Assembly (NCBI GenBank): GCA_951406725.2
Contig: OX597816.1
Span: 89,094,001-89,158,000, forward strand
Length of the DNA stretch: 64,000 nucleotides
Reading direction: 5' to 3'
Origin: Octopus vulgaris
Taxonomy: Eukaryota
Shown: one piece after another, positions 13,090-25,704 of the stretch
Layout of the letters: every line of letters starts with the position of its first letter
Position numbering within the stretch: the stretch's first letter is position 1
Position numbers and translations under genes: made by a program
The notes under the pieces: model-generated
Databases searched by the model: none
What the model saw: the letters and a program-made list of their open reading frames with translations, nothing else
What the model was told of the DNA's origin: nothing

Positions 13090-13930
13090 GTTTGTCTTTT
13101 TCAAACTGCTTAATTTTTGTCAGTTTTTGACCATATAGAGTTTTCTCTTCCTTTTGTTACAGCATAGTATTTTGTAGCTTAATTTTTAGCTTTTTGTGAC
13201 CTTTTTCAAATTTCACTCCAAATATGTGTTATTTTACCTTCTAAATTATGTTTGATTACTTAAAGATAGAAAACTGTATTTTGTACGTATTTCTAGCTAT
13301 TTACATCAGTTTTCCATTAGTCTTATGGTAGATATTTTATATTAGGTTTCCTGTATCTTAAGAAATAAAATTCTCTGTATTCGTCGTAACTATATTATTT
13401 CTATGCCAGATGGTGTGTGGTTTATAGATATATAGTCTAGTCTAGCTAAATTTATTTAGCGTCCAGTTGATAATAGTATAACTATAAAATGGTACTGAGA
13501 CAGCCTGTGTGGCGGCAATATCTGTTACTTTTATTATTGCAGTTAGCTCTGTTCTAAATATTAACCTGATGCGATTAAATATTATTTTTGAAAATTTTTC
13601 ATTCGTCTACGTTGTACATCGTCTAGTTCATTTATTCCTAAATACTTTTAAGTCTACACAAGTTCTACTCTTCTTATCTTTGTTTTAAAATATTATGGCA
13701 TTAATGTTCTGAAATATTTCTCCTCTGCTGAAGCTAGTTTGTCGAATTTTTTGGATCCCAACATGATAGATCTTCCAGTAAACCATTTTTCTGTATATTA
13801 TGCTGTTTCTAGTAGTTTGGCATTTTCAACATACAGGCTGAGATCATCAATATAAAGAATGATAGCTTATTCACACATAGCATTTGCATCCCAGACCATA
13901 CTGATTACTGCCAGGTATAGCAAGAGTGAT
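13090..13930 (-). mobile_element. Old R4/Dong-type LINE RT fragment
   Basis: Minus strand gives LYIDDLSLYVEN (13830-13857), then KYLGINELD...RLIFRTEL...AVSVPFYSYTIINWT..LARLD across frameshifts. Confidence 0.6.
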
Positions 13931-14198
13931 GGCAGAAAAAAGTAGAGTGGGAGAGCGCATTTTATGTACTCACGTATGTGTGTATGTGCGAGTTCTTCAA
14001 TTATTCTTCTAGTGAAAATAAGATTAATTGTTATCATAAAACTTCGTCTTTACTGCCATATGAGCTATTTACTTTTATGCAGCAATTTTGGCACGAATAT
14101 CCTTAATGGACTAATGCTTGGTTGACTACGTATTTGATGTGATGAAGACAAAACAGAAGATGCAACGGATGATGATATTTCTTTCGTAGGGCATATAT

Positions 14199-14247
<49 letters not shown>

Positions 14248-14248
<1 letters not shown>

Positions 14249-14590
14249 TATATAAAAGGGCTTAGTAAAATAAATTAATTTGCCACATACTGAACTCATT
14301 AGAAATAGCAGCTAAAAAAATTTTTTTTTTAACTATTTCTAATACTTAAAGAAAATCTCTCTCAGATAGTGTTTGCTCAAACCAACTCACGAAGGTATGG
14401 GGGTAAAGACATTAAAAAAATTTTTTTTTTAATTTTTTTAGCTGCTATTTCTAATGAGTTCAGTATGTGGCAAAGTAATTTATTTTACTAAGCCCTTTTA
14501 TATAACGTAATATTTTGAATTCGCCTTAAATGGTCCCTTTACATACTGAATACTTGGTGAAATTGATTAATAATTAATTAATTTTACCCT
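14248..14590. repeat. Dispersed repeat with a 75-bp near-perfect inverted repeat (arms 14248-14322 and 14431-14505), flanked by (TA)n
   Basis: Arms differ at 1 of 75 positions. A related, more diverged copy lies at about 53330-53650. Confidence 0.85.
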
Positions 14591-14601
14591 CAATTGTTCA
14601 A

Positions 14602-14904
<303 letters not shown>

Positions 14905-15694
14905 GCTATGAGAGTGCCTGGCCCAGTAATTAGGGTCCTGCACCCACGATCTCGAGATAATTATGTCAATTCCCTGAAGTGCGTGGTGCGTTCTTGATCA
15001 GAACACTTCATCTCACGTTGCCGTCTGATCACTTCGACACCTGACGTGTGAAACACCTTCACTTCTTCGGACGACGTCGATATGATGGAGGGAGTACTCA
15101 GCAAGAAATTGCAGAACCTTCTTTCTCGGACTACGGAGGCTACCATTATCACCACTTGTTAATGTGTATGTGTGTGTGAGTGCGTGCGTGCGTGCCTGTG
15201 AGTGTGCGTATGTATATGCTGAGAGAGACAGAGAGAGATTATTACATGTATGTTAGATCATAACATGTATGTTAGATCAGATCATAATGCAGTCTATGTG
15301 CATTTATTGATCACTTTATGATCTTGAACCTCGATAGGAAATTCAAAAATAGTAAGAACTATATAAATCAAGGTTAGTCTCGATAGAATTTCTTCGAATA
15401 TAGACGAAAATGAATACAAATTCACGTTTACTAAATGAAACTGAAACTTTACTAGTTCAAACCCTGATATTTTGAAATATAGACTAAACCAACTGATCAT
15501 ATATATACAGTCGTTCATATGGGTTTTAGTGTCTTTCTTTACCCAACTATCAAAAATACTAACAACATGATATGATTCATATATGTCTCAGGAAAAACAA
15601 TGTTATATTTTTATATTTAAATTCAAATTTCCATAGGTGTATTGCAAGTATATAAATATATAGGTAAAATTATAAACAAATTTTGGTTTATCAA

Positions 15695-15868
15695 TATTGG
15701 CTTCAAATTTCGCTAAAAGGCCAGAAAATTTGGGAAAGGGAATAAGTCGATTACATCGGCCCCAGTGTTGCACTGGTACATATTTTTCTAAACTCTGAAA
15801 CGATGAAAGGCAAACTTGGACCAAGCGGAATTTGAACACGGTGCGCTAATGATTCTGTCTGTTCTCCG
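15695..15868 (-). mobile_element. SINE family B (tail type 2), degenerate copy
   Basis: taagtcgattacatcggccccag...gatgaaaggcaaac...cggaatttgaac...gctaatgattctg. Confidence 0.75.
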
Positions 15869-15870
15869 CG

Positions 15871-16245
15871 ATATTGATTCTTGTATATTTATATACAAAC
15901 AAACAAGCATATATAAAGATGGTTATGTATGTACACAAAACACACATTGTCTATTTATTGACAGGGAAGATAACCGTTCCTCGGCGAGGGTAGTCACTAT
16001 ACTAGCAAGCTAATTTTGCTTAGAATGATTAAGCTAAATCCTACCTGTCAGTATCTAGTATTGGAGTGATCACTAGTGATGAGCTTTAATTCCAGGCGAA
16101 ACTAACTTGCTAGTATAGTAACGTCGCAGCTGTGGGGCGCTTATCTCCCCTGTCAGTACAAAGACAACATACTATATGTGGTCATAACGGGCTTTGACGC
16201 TTGTTTCTAGAAATATACATACTACCTTGCACCCTCAGTCAATAT
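15871..16245. mobile_element. Imperfect ~375-bp fold-back palindrome (MITE/foldback-like)
   Basis: Nested inverted matches: actatactagcaag/cttgctagtatagt, tgacagggaagataa/ttatctcccctgtca, aaacaagc/gcttgttt, tgtatattt/aaatataca, atattga/tcaatat. Confidence 0.7.
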
Positions 16246-16272
16246 TAGTGACAATTGAAATTATATATATAT

Positions 16273-16470
16273 ATGTAATAAAATATGTGACAATTATTCG
16301 GTTGTTTTAATAAAACTCCGAGTTCTGGATGCCGGTGCAAGTTTCCGCCCCGACATCCGAAACTCAGAGATTTATTACTGAATAATTGTCACATGTTATA
16401 TTACAAATAAATTCCTCTATTTACATAATATCGAGGCCTCTTTCATTCTTTTGTTGTCTTACCATTACTA
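16273..16470. repeat. Hairpin-forming element between (TA)n runs (stem 16273-16405)
   Basis: tgtaataaaatatgtgacaattattc pairs with gaataattgtcacatgttatattaca. Inner actccgagttctggatgccgg pairs with ccgacatccgaaactcagag. Confidence 0.75.
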
Positions 16471-16511
<41 letters not shown>

Positions 16512-16634
16512 ATTAATAATACAATAATACAAAAAAAGTTTAATGCGGGTTATATGTTTATTCTATAATTAAATGTTCGAATTATGAAATGATATGCGGA
16601 TGACCGTGCATTTGTTTGTTCAATGATTTTAGTT

Positions 16635-16741
<107 letters not shown>

Positions 16742-16767
16742 TGTATGTATGCATGTGCGTATGTATG

Positions 16768-17038
16768 TATGCGTGGTAAGAAGTCCGTCGTATATATATA
16801 TATATGTATATATTTATGAGTTTGCCTGTGTGTCTGTGTTTGTTCTTCACACCATCGCTTGACAACCGAAGTTGCCTTGTTTATGTCCCTGTAAATTAGC
16901 GATTCGGCAGAAGAGACCGATAGAATAAGTAACAGGCTTACAAAGAATAAGTCCAGGGGTTGATTCTTCGGCTAAAAAGCAGTGCTCAAGCATGGCCCCC
17001 CCAGTCAAGTGACTGAAACAAGACAAGAAATGAAAGAA
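16768..17038 (+). mobile_element. SINE family A, internally deleted copy
   Basis: gtggtaagaag is joined directly to tccgtcg-(TA)n. The 3' half matches 53100-53292. Confidence 0.85.
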
Positions 17039-17520
17039 CGTATACAGGTACACTCTTATACTCTAAACTTGTTACGTAATTTGATGGTAACCACACTTCT
17101 ACCGTCTGATGTGTACCTTATTTAAGACAGTTAGTACAAATTGGAAAATTTGTTACCATGTGTTTATATCTCTTACTTAGAAATTCTTTATATCTTCATT
17201 TCGTTTACAGTAAGATATTAGACAATCTAGTGTATGACTTCATAGATACGTTCCCATTCGTTTTTAGTTTATATCTATTATCTATTATTCGTTATTTATT
17301 ATTTATTATATCTCGTTTATTCAAGTGTCGCTTGTCGCTACATTTGATTTTATTTCTTCCTATGCTATAGCTATATCTACTCACTATATAATGTGGTTGT
17401 GCAGATATAATTTACCATCTATGTATGTGTGTGTTCGGAAAAATTATACCTGCGTTTGTATGTAGGGGTATGTGCACATGTATGTGTGCATGCGTACGTG
17501 TGTGTATATATATATATATA

Positions 17521-17569
17521 TACTTTTATTCCTTTCAATCATTTGACTGCAGCCATGCTGGAGCACCGC
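17521..17569 (-). mobile_element. SINE family A 3' tail fragment
   Basis: tcatttgactgcagccatgctggagcaccgc is the reverse complement of the family A tail. Confidence 0.8.
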
Positions 17570-17899
17570 ATTTTGACTCTTATTTCTAGCAATACTGTAG
17601 CTGATTTGTGCCCTTCTTCACTTCAGTGAAGTATATATTTTTGCCTTTAGATTATAAAATTGCGAATTAGCCACCCATATCATTTATATATACACACACA
17701 GTCTCACACCTACAACTACGCACATGCACACACTCACACCTACACACACACATACACACACACACGCGCGCACGCACACACACACACACATATGTATGGA
17801 CAACTGTCAAGGTAGGAAAGGATAAAATAATTTTATAAAAACATTTCAGTACCAGTTTCGGTTATTGAAACGTTTTCAACTGTAAGTATGGAAAACATG

Positions 17900-18403
17900 T
17901 GAAGCTGCTTTTCACTGCCCAGATATTCATTGCGGTTAATCAATTTTTTTGGCATTCAGGTTGGATTTCAACACCATTTTCACCCTATTCTGATACGCCT
18001 CGCTGACTTTGACTTTCATTTCCCTGTATAGAATGTGATCCAGCCCCAAAATCCCTAAATAGCTATACCCACTACCGTCGGGTTCACCCATGGTCTCTCC
18101 TGATGGTAACCGTAATCCTCTGCAGGCTGCTTTCTTCCCTCTTTTCATAATCAGTATTGAGCATTTGGTAATCCCAAATACCATACCGATGTCCCTACCA
18201 CACTTCTGGACTCTTTTGGTTGAGGAATCTGTTTTTCAGATTTCCCAAATAATTTTAGGTCATCCATAAACAGTAGATGGTTCAACGATGGACCTTTCTT
18301 CTCACATCGGTAACCCATCTTAGCATTCTTAAGTGTCATTCTTATGAGTAGTAGTGCAATTACAAATAGTACCGGAGAAAACTAGTCGCCTTGGTTATCC
18401 CCC

Positions 18404-18404
<1 letters not shown>
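17900..18404 (-). mobile_element. R4/Dong-type LINE RT fragment
   Basis: LNHLLFMDDLKLFGKSE (18151-18339) and FGITKCSILIMKRGK...YSYLGIL...RVKMVLKSNLNA (17936-18184). Confidence 0.85.
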
Positions 18405-18446
<42 letters not shown>

Positions 18447-18449
<3 letters not shown>

Positions 18450-19542
18450 TAGTTTTATTTTTATAGCGTGCTTTCACTTCACTACCGAGCGCAGCTCTGT
18501 GTGCCTTGGGTATGTGCTGTGATTTGTTGTGATGCTCTGATGGTTATTGCATGGAAAGTGTTCTGCGTAGGATGTGTGCAGTGCCTAGTAGTGCAATTTT
18601 CTGTATGTTACATGTGTTTGTAAGTCCTGGTGTTTTTGTTATGTATTTGTCTGAATATTTTTTTATCATGCCTAATGCACCTACTATGATAGGAATTGTT
18701 TCCGTTTTCAGATTCCACATTCTAGTTACCTATATTTCCAGGTCTTTGTATTTTGAGAGTTTATCCATTTCTTTTAGAGACACGTTGTCATCTGCCGGTA
18801 TTGATACATCAATTAGAAAGCATTTTTTTCCTTCATGATCTCTGACAACTATATCTGGTCTGTTGGCCTTAATTTCTCTATCTGTGTGTATCGGCATATC
18901 CCAGAGTATGGTTGCTTTCTCGTTTTCTGTGACCTTTTCTGCTGTGTGCTTATACCATCTTTTTTCTGTTGTTATTCCATAATGTTGGCATAGCTTCCAA
19001 TGTATGTAGGTTCCAACTCTGTCATGTCTGTGAATATATTCCTTCTTAGCCAGGACTGGGCAGCTACAAATAATATGATTTATTGTTTCTTGTCCATCTC
19101 CACATATTCTGCAGTTACTTGTAATATTTCTTTTCATTACATGTTTTTGGTAATTTCTGGTGGGGAGGCTTTGGTCTTGTGCTGCAATTAAAAATCCCTC
19201 TGTCTCTGCTTTGAGTCCTGAGCTTCTCAACCATTGCTGGGATTTTTCTTTGTCTATTTCTTTTGCGTTTAGTTTAGTGCAGTATTTACCATGAAGGGGC
19301 TTTTATCATGGTTTTATCATGGTTCGTTGCTGTTCTATTTTTAGTTTGGATTTAATTTGTTTTATAGCTTTTGTTGTTTCTTCATCATCTTCTTCTTCTT
19401 CTTTGTGTTTATTAGGTGGTATGATTTCTTGTTTGTATTTGTCAGCTTCCTTAAATACTGAGAACAGTTTTTTGTTTTGCTCGTGTTTTGCTGATATCTG
19501 GATCAGTTTTCCTTCCTTCTGAAGTAGGTATTTTTGCAGTCC
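18447..19542 (-). mobile_element. R4/Dong-type LINE, 5'-truncated, relatively young: CCHC zinc knuckle, RLE domain and 3' UTR, flanked by (TAA)n on both sides
   Basis: ORF 18730-19230: ETEGFLIAAQDQ...CRICGDGQETINHIICSC...RHD...LWDMPIHTD...NRPDIV...LIDVSIP...KYKDL. (TTA)n at 18405-18446 and 19543-19653. Confidence 0.93.
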
Positions 19543-19644
<102 letters not shown>

Positions 19645-19653
19645 CATTATTAT

Positions 19654-20220
19654 TGAGTGAGAGAGCAGTGCATGCCATCAAAGTGACACTGGGGTAAAAT
19701 ATACGAAGCCCAGTATACCCATCATGACTACCCGTCTGATAAGGGTACACTAGGCACATGCATCACAACCATATGTGCGCGACATGGTGTTCTCATATCA
19801 AGATAAACAGCACATGACCTTGCAGGTGGGGTCCAGTTAGAATTTTCTTCTGGTCGAGTAACCCATCCCGCTCAAAAGGTCCCTGAATAAAGGTTGCTTA
19901 AGAATTTCAAATGAAACAACCATGTTTCCAGAGGTGAATTACTCAAACCCCAAAGAATCCCTCTCAACATATGGCTATGATGCTCCCCCACTACTTCTGC
20001 TCGTGATCAGAGATGCACATATCATCAGCCACTAAGGGACATGCTCAACTGGTAAGGTCAAACAACTGACAAGCAAATCTGTGGTATTGAGCAGAATATT
20101 TGCTGTAGCCCATCTATTATACCAAGACAAAACAATGCACATAATAACACTTCCAATCAGTTAAGATCAGAAGCCATGAGAGCTACTGCCTGGCACTGCG
20201 TGAGAGCTACTGCCTGGCAT
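19654..20220 (-). mobile_element. ~570-bp non-coding element bounded by (TAA)n arrays (putative non-autonomous R4/Dong partner, or a detached 5' UTR)
   Basis: Complex sequence sharply delimited by (TTA)n on both sides, with no recognisable ORF. 19-bp duplication at the distal end (20177-20195 and 20201-20219). Strand is inferred from the neighbouring elements. Confidence 0.55.
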
Positions 20221-20229
20221 TTATTATTA

Positions 20230-20267
<38 letters not shown>

Positions 20268-20290
20268 GCTATAATCATCATCATCATCAT

Positions 20291-20338
<48 letters not shown>

Positions 20339-20353
20339 CAGTAGTAGTAGTAC

Positions 20354-20386
<33 letters not shown>

Positions 20387-20405
20387 CAGCAGCAGCAGCA
20401 GCAGT
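20221..20405. repeat. Compound (ATT)n-(ATC)n-(AGC)n-(AGT)n microsatellite
   Basis: Directly visible. Confidence 0.95.
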
Positions 20406-21044
20406 ATAAATAAGAAATCATTAACAAAATTGAGATAAGAAAGTAGGCAAGAAATCATTATTTATTGTTGGTTTATTATATTTACGTACTTTACCCACCT
20501 ACCCTCATTTGTCGTAGTCTCTTGGGAATTCAGTTCAATTCCGTGTGATGACACCGACTAATTCACTTCTCAGAAAACATTATTGATGAGACACCAATTC
20601 AATCTGCAGGGTGTACAACACACAGACACACACACACACAGATATACACACACATACACACTATACAGTGAAACATACAGAAACACACACACACACGCAC
20701 AAATATTGAAAGAATCGAGTACATCTGTTTGGTGTGTATGTGTGTCTGCGTGAGATAGACAGTCGAGTAGCTACTTTCCTTTTATTTTAGAGGAAAATCA
20801 CAAAACGTTTGGCTAATCATCACGTAATCGTGGTCGCAGTTATCTTGAAAATAAATGGTTTTCGCATAGTGGTTTGTATTCATGAAGCCTAATTTTCTGT
20901 TCGTCATAATACAGGACTCTAAAAATAAGTAGCACACTGGTACAGAATTTAATTTTGTATGATCGACTGATACCCTTCAAGGTAGCACTCCAGCATGACC
21001 GCATCCCAATTTCTAAAACAAAACCGAGTAATACACAAGCACCA

Positions 21045-21089
<45 letters not shown>

Positions 21090-21150
21090 GCACATGCATA
21101 CTTAGATATATAGATACATAGACACATACGCATACATTACACACATATAC

Positions 21151-21181
<31 letters not shown>

Positions 21182-21841
21182 TATATATATATATACAGGT
21201 GCATATATGCATATGTCTATGTTTATGTGTTTATTGGGATTTAGAAGTCTCACAAGAGTAGAAATCAATACGAGAAACCTAATGACCCATTTGTTCAAAT
21301 TCTAAGTGATTTGTCTTATAAAGAGCAATTACCATTCCTCAGCTGCTGTTAACCATTTCAAATTTTATAAAGTTATATTGTAAAAATACTGAACGTTATA
21401 ATAAATTATTTATAGTATTTTTTCTGTTGTGTATGCGTGAACTGAGGCCGTGCTGGGGACTGCCATCAAGCGTTTTAGTTCCTGATATTAACACAACTAC
21501 GCTGTAGGGTAAACCGTTTTACTTGTCACTCTCAGTGAATGGCTGGGTTGAATTATGTCCCTTTTTTAGAGAATACCTGCCCTTAGCCGATAACTGCCGA
21601 AAGGAATTTACATCGTCTTTACACTGGTATTACACACATATACACGCACATACACTCATATATACAATCGCATATGCATGCACTCATATACCCGTACTTG
21701 CATACAGATATGCGTGCTGACTGCAACTCTATTTTTATCAATAACATCGCTTCGTTCTTCTCTTAAGCATGAGTAACACGAAAACATGCATATATACAGG
21801 CATGTGTGTGTGAGCCTGCGCGCGCGTATGTATGTAAAGAT

Positions 21842-21997
21842 GCAAGCGTGACTGTGTGATAAGAAGCTTACTTTCTAACCACATGGTTAAGGGTTCACTC
21901 CCACTGTGTGACACCTTGGGCAACAGTCTTCTACTATAGCCTCGGGTAGACCAAAGCTTTCTGAATGTATTCGGCAGACGGAAACTAAAAGACGCCA
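21842..21997 (+). mobile_element. SINE family A head and central part
   Basis: gtgactgtgtgataagaagc...gggttcactccc...ccttgggcaacagtcttctactatagcc...gacggaaactaaaaga. Confidence 0.85.
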
Positions 21998-22605
21998 CTC
22001 ACAACTCATTGGTCAACACGAAGCTGTACTAGATGTCACTTCCCCAACTTGTTCAGCGATACAAAGCACGGAGGCGAACGCCGTCCCCACGTTTATAAGC
22101 ATCAATATACGGAAACTCTAATTTCTATTCTGATTGACGAGGTAACTCGAAAAAGTCTATCATTTAAATCAATTCAAGTTGAAATACAAGATTTATTACA
22201 ATGCAGAGAGAACATTAGGGATTGCTTTTATTGAAATTAAAATTTAACTACTGCAATAGTAAAGTTTAAGATGTTGATATATTATAATAATAAATATTTA
22301 AACTACAGTGTGTATGGGATGTTCTTTAGTTTCCCCTCGAAATTTCATTTTTGTTATTCTAGTTCTGATATAATGTAATATAATGTAAAGTATAGAAACA
22401 TGAGTTACTATATAGAATAGTGTGTGAGTGTAGCGTACGAATGTATCGACAGAGATTATATAACATAGGAATACATATCATGCTTCAGATGGAAATCTAA
22501 AAAGAGAGGAAGCTTAATACATACATAAATACAGACAGCCATAGATTGTATAATATATAAAACATGTTATGCTGGAGGTGTAGATAATAGAACGGGTAGC
22601 TTTAC

Positions 22606-22644
<39 letters not shown>

Positions 22645-23533
22645 TGTAATAGTTATTTAAACAATAAGAAGGTAGGGTGGAAGTTTTGAAGCGAACACGC
22701 TACTACTGGCTGTATACAGAAGGTTTTTAACTCTACCGCTGCTACTACACCAACTACTATACACATTAATTTTCTGATTGCTACTACTATCATTATTCAT
22801 AATACTAATATCACTATTTTTTCACGACTTAAATAATGTTAAGTATGTCAGAAACGTTAACAATAGGGATGAATTTTTTTTTTAAATTAAATAAAACTGA
22901 GTGAATGCACATTTTTTTTTATCTCTACATTATTGCTATTGTCATGTGTGGTTGTTTTGGGGTTATTTTTTTACTGTTATTGTTCTTAATGTATTTCTAC
23001 TATTATTATTGAAGTGGTTACTTGTAAGCTGCCGTTGTTCCTGATATTGTTGATGCTACAGCTGATGATGGTGGTGAAGGACGAAGTGGTTGTCATCGTC
23101 GTCATCGTGGTGGTAAAATAAATGGCTGTTACGGTGGTGGCGTTGTTAGTGCTGGTGGCTCTTTGTTGTGATATTGTTTACATCTAATTTAGTATTTTTT
23201 TTCTTATTTTTTTTTCCTTATTGAATATGAAACGATAAGACACAAACAAAAAGTGCCACAAAACATGTAAAATTGACAATAAAAGAAAAATGGAAATTTA
23301 AAAAGAAAAACCATTTTAACAACCGATGCATTAGATAAGATTTAAATAGTGTTAGTATCCAGGTGAAAGCTATCTTTCCAAGATATTAATTCTGTTTAAT
23401 TTCTTTTTTTAATCTGTTATTCTTTTATGAAAACACTTGAAATGTTTTAGGGAGTGAAAGAGAAGCGGATGCGAGGGGATTTGATAGAAAGAGAGATAAG
23501 TAAAGTTCAAACACATAAATAGAAGGAAATGCT

Positions 23534-23727
23534 TATGTATGTATGTATGTATGTATGTATGTATGTATGTATGTATATATGCATGTATGTATATACGTAC
23601 ATATCTACATAAATACATGTATAAATATGTGAGTGCTCGTATTTATGCATAATCTATGTGAGAGTAAGGAGGTTATATGTATATATATGCTCACATGAAT
23701 TCCTATATACACGTACATATATGCCTC

Positions 23728-23760
<33 letters not shown>

Positions 23761-23842
23761 CAAACACATGTATATACATACATATATATTTACACACATA
23801 TATACATATATATATATGTATACATATATACATATACATATA

Positions 23843-23933
<91 letters not shown>

Positions 23934-24330
23934 GCACACATGAATGCTTTTGTATACGTATATTTGTATGCAAAGCATTTCTTTTTTCTATATGACTTTC
24001 AAAAGAAACAAAATTTAAAAATTAACTCTAAATTTATCCGACATTTTATGTTTGGTGATTTTGATAAAACGGTGTCTTTCATACAATTTTAATCATCATA
24101 TACTACGAAATCATTATATCATAGAATGTTATTAAAATGGCTAGAAATACAAAAACAGCACAAAGTATGATTGCTTTGTTTTTAATTAGTTTGTGGCGCA
24201 TGATGATATTACATTTATAAATGGAACACTTTCAGGGTTAAGAAAAAAATCATTTCGAGCATTATATACATATATTTTCGAGAGTGTACGCGTGTTGATA
24301 CAAATATGTTTGCCTATGCATATACGTGTT

Positions 24331-24367
<37 letters not shown>

Positions 24368-24461
24368 GAAAGATGAATAATCTTGTGGTAGATTAATCAA
24401 AAGTTTAACCGATACCTTAGTAGCAAAAATCACAGTAGTAAACATCACGGTTATACAACCA

Positions 24462-24520
<59 letters not shown>

Positions 24521-24556
24521 GTGTATATATATACATATGTATGTATGTATATATAC

Positions 24557-24604
<48 letters not shown>

Positions 24605-24959
24605 ACATATATATATGTATGATATATATATATATATATATATATAGTGGGCTGTATATGTTACCACATAAATAATGTTCTGTTTTCTTTTTAGTTGAAT
24701 GTATATTAATGACTTGTGTGTATATACGTGTAAGTGTGCACGTATGTATTTTATATCTGTATGTTTGTATATATGCATACATAATTTCTATAAACATATG
24801 CATATATGATGTATATATTTCCTCATAAATATACAAACCAACATACATACATTTGTGTGTATGTATGTATGTATGTATGTAGATACATATTTATGTATAT
24901 ATACATATATATCTAAATATATGTATACAAATCTCTATATATATTTATAAATGCATGTA

Positions 24960-25037
<78 letters not shown>

Positions 25038-25094
25038 ATGGATGTATATATATTATATCTAACCATACATACAAATACCTCAAAATCAAATATC

Positions 25095-25125
<31 letters not shown>

Positions 25126-25214
25126 TATTATATCATATTTTATATATACATACATATACAAGTTCTAGTTTAAAAGTTAGTATTCAAAATTACATAATTC
25201 ATTACACATATATA

Positions 25215-25252
<38 letters not shown>

Positions 25253-25254
25253 AC

Positions 25255-25292
<38 letters not shown>

Positions 25293-25486
25293 CTGTCTGT
25301 GTTTATGTATATGCGTGTTTGCATACAAATGTGTATTTAAATGTTTTTCTATACGTGTGTATATATGTGTATTTATGTATGTGCATATATCTATGTCATA
25401 TATATATATAGCGTTCAATACATCCTGACATGACTAAATGATGTGTGTGCATGCGTGTACACACACACACACACACACACATATAT

Positions 25487-25540
<54 letters not shown>
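23534..25540. repeat. Extended low-complexity (TA)n/(TATG)n/(TG)n region with short inserts
   Basis: Directly visible. Source of the YI/IY pseudo-ORFs. Confidence 0.9.
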
Positions 25541-25704
25541 CTGTGTCTGCATAATTCTGTGTATTTATTGTTCTGCTGATTTAGAGTTGGGTTGGGAACT
25601 AATATCAAGTAAAAGTGCCTGCAACTGAATATATTTGTTCTCTCTTTACAATTTCCACGTTAACTTTTTACAACGATAATCGTTCGATCGTCTTACAAAA
25701 TGCA

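Noticed and set aside
15243-15287. Short tandem duplications (also 45350-45383, 47088-47112)
   Set aside because: Ordinary replication-slippage duplications. No CRISPR-like repeat-spacer periodicity anywhere in the window.
20150-20220. U2 snRNA-like words (tcagttaagatc, cctgg.act) at the end of the 570-bp element
   Set aside because: Only short, non-collinear word matches recalled from memory. Insufficient without an Rfam search.
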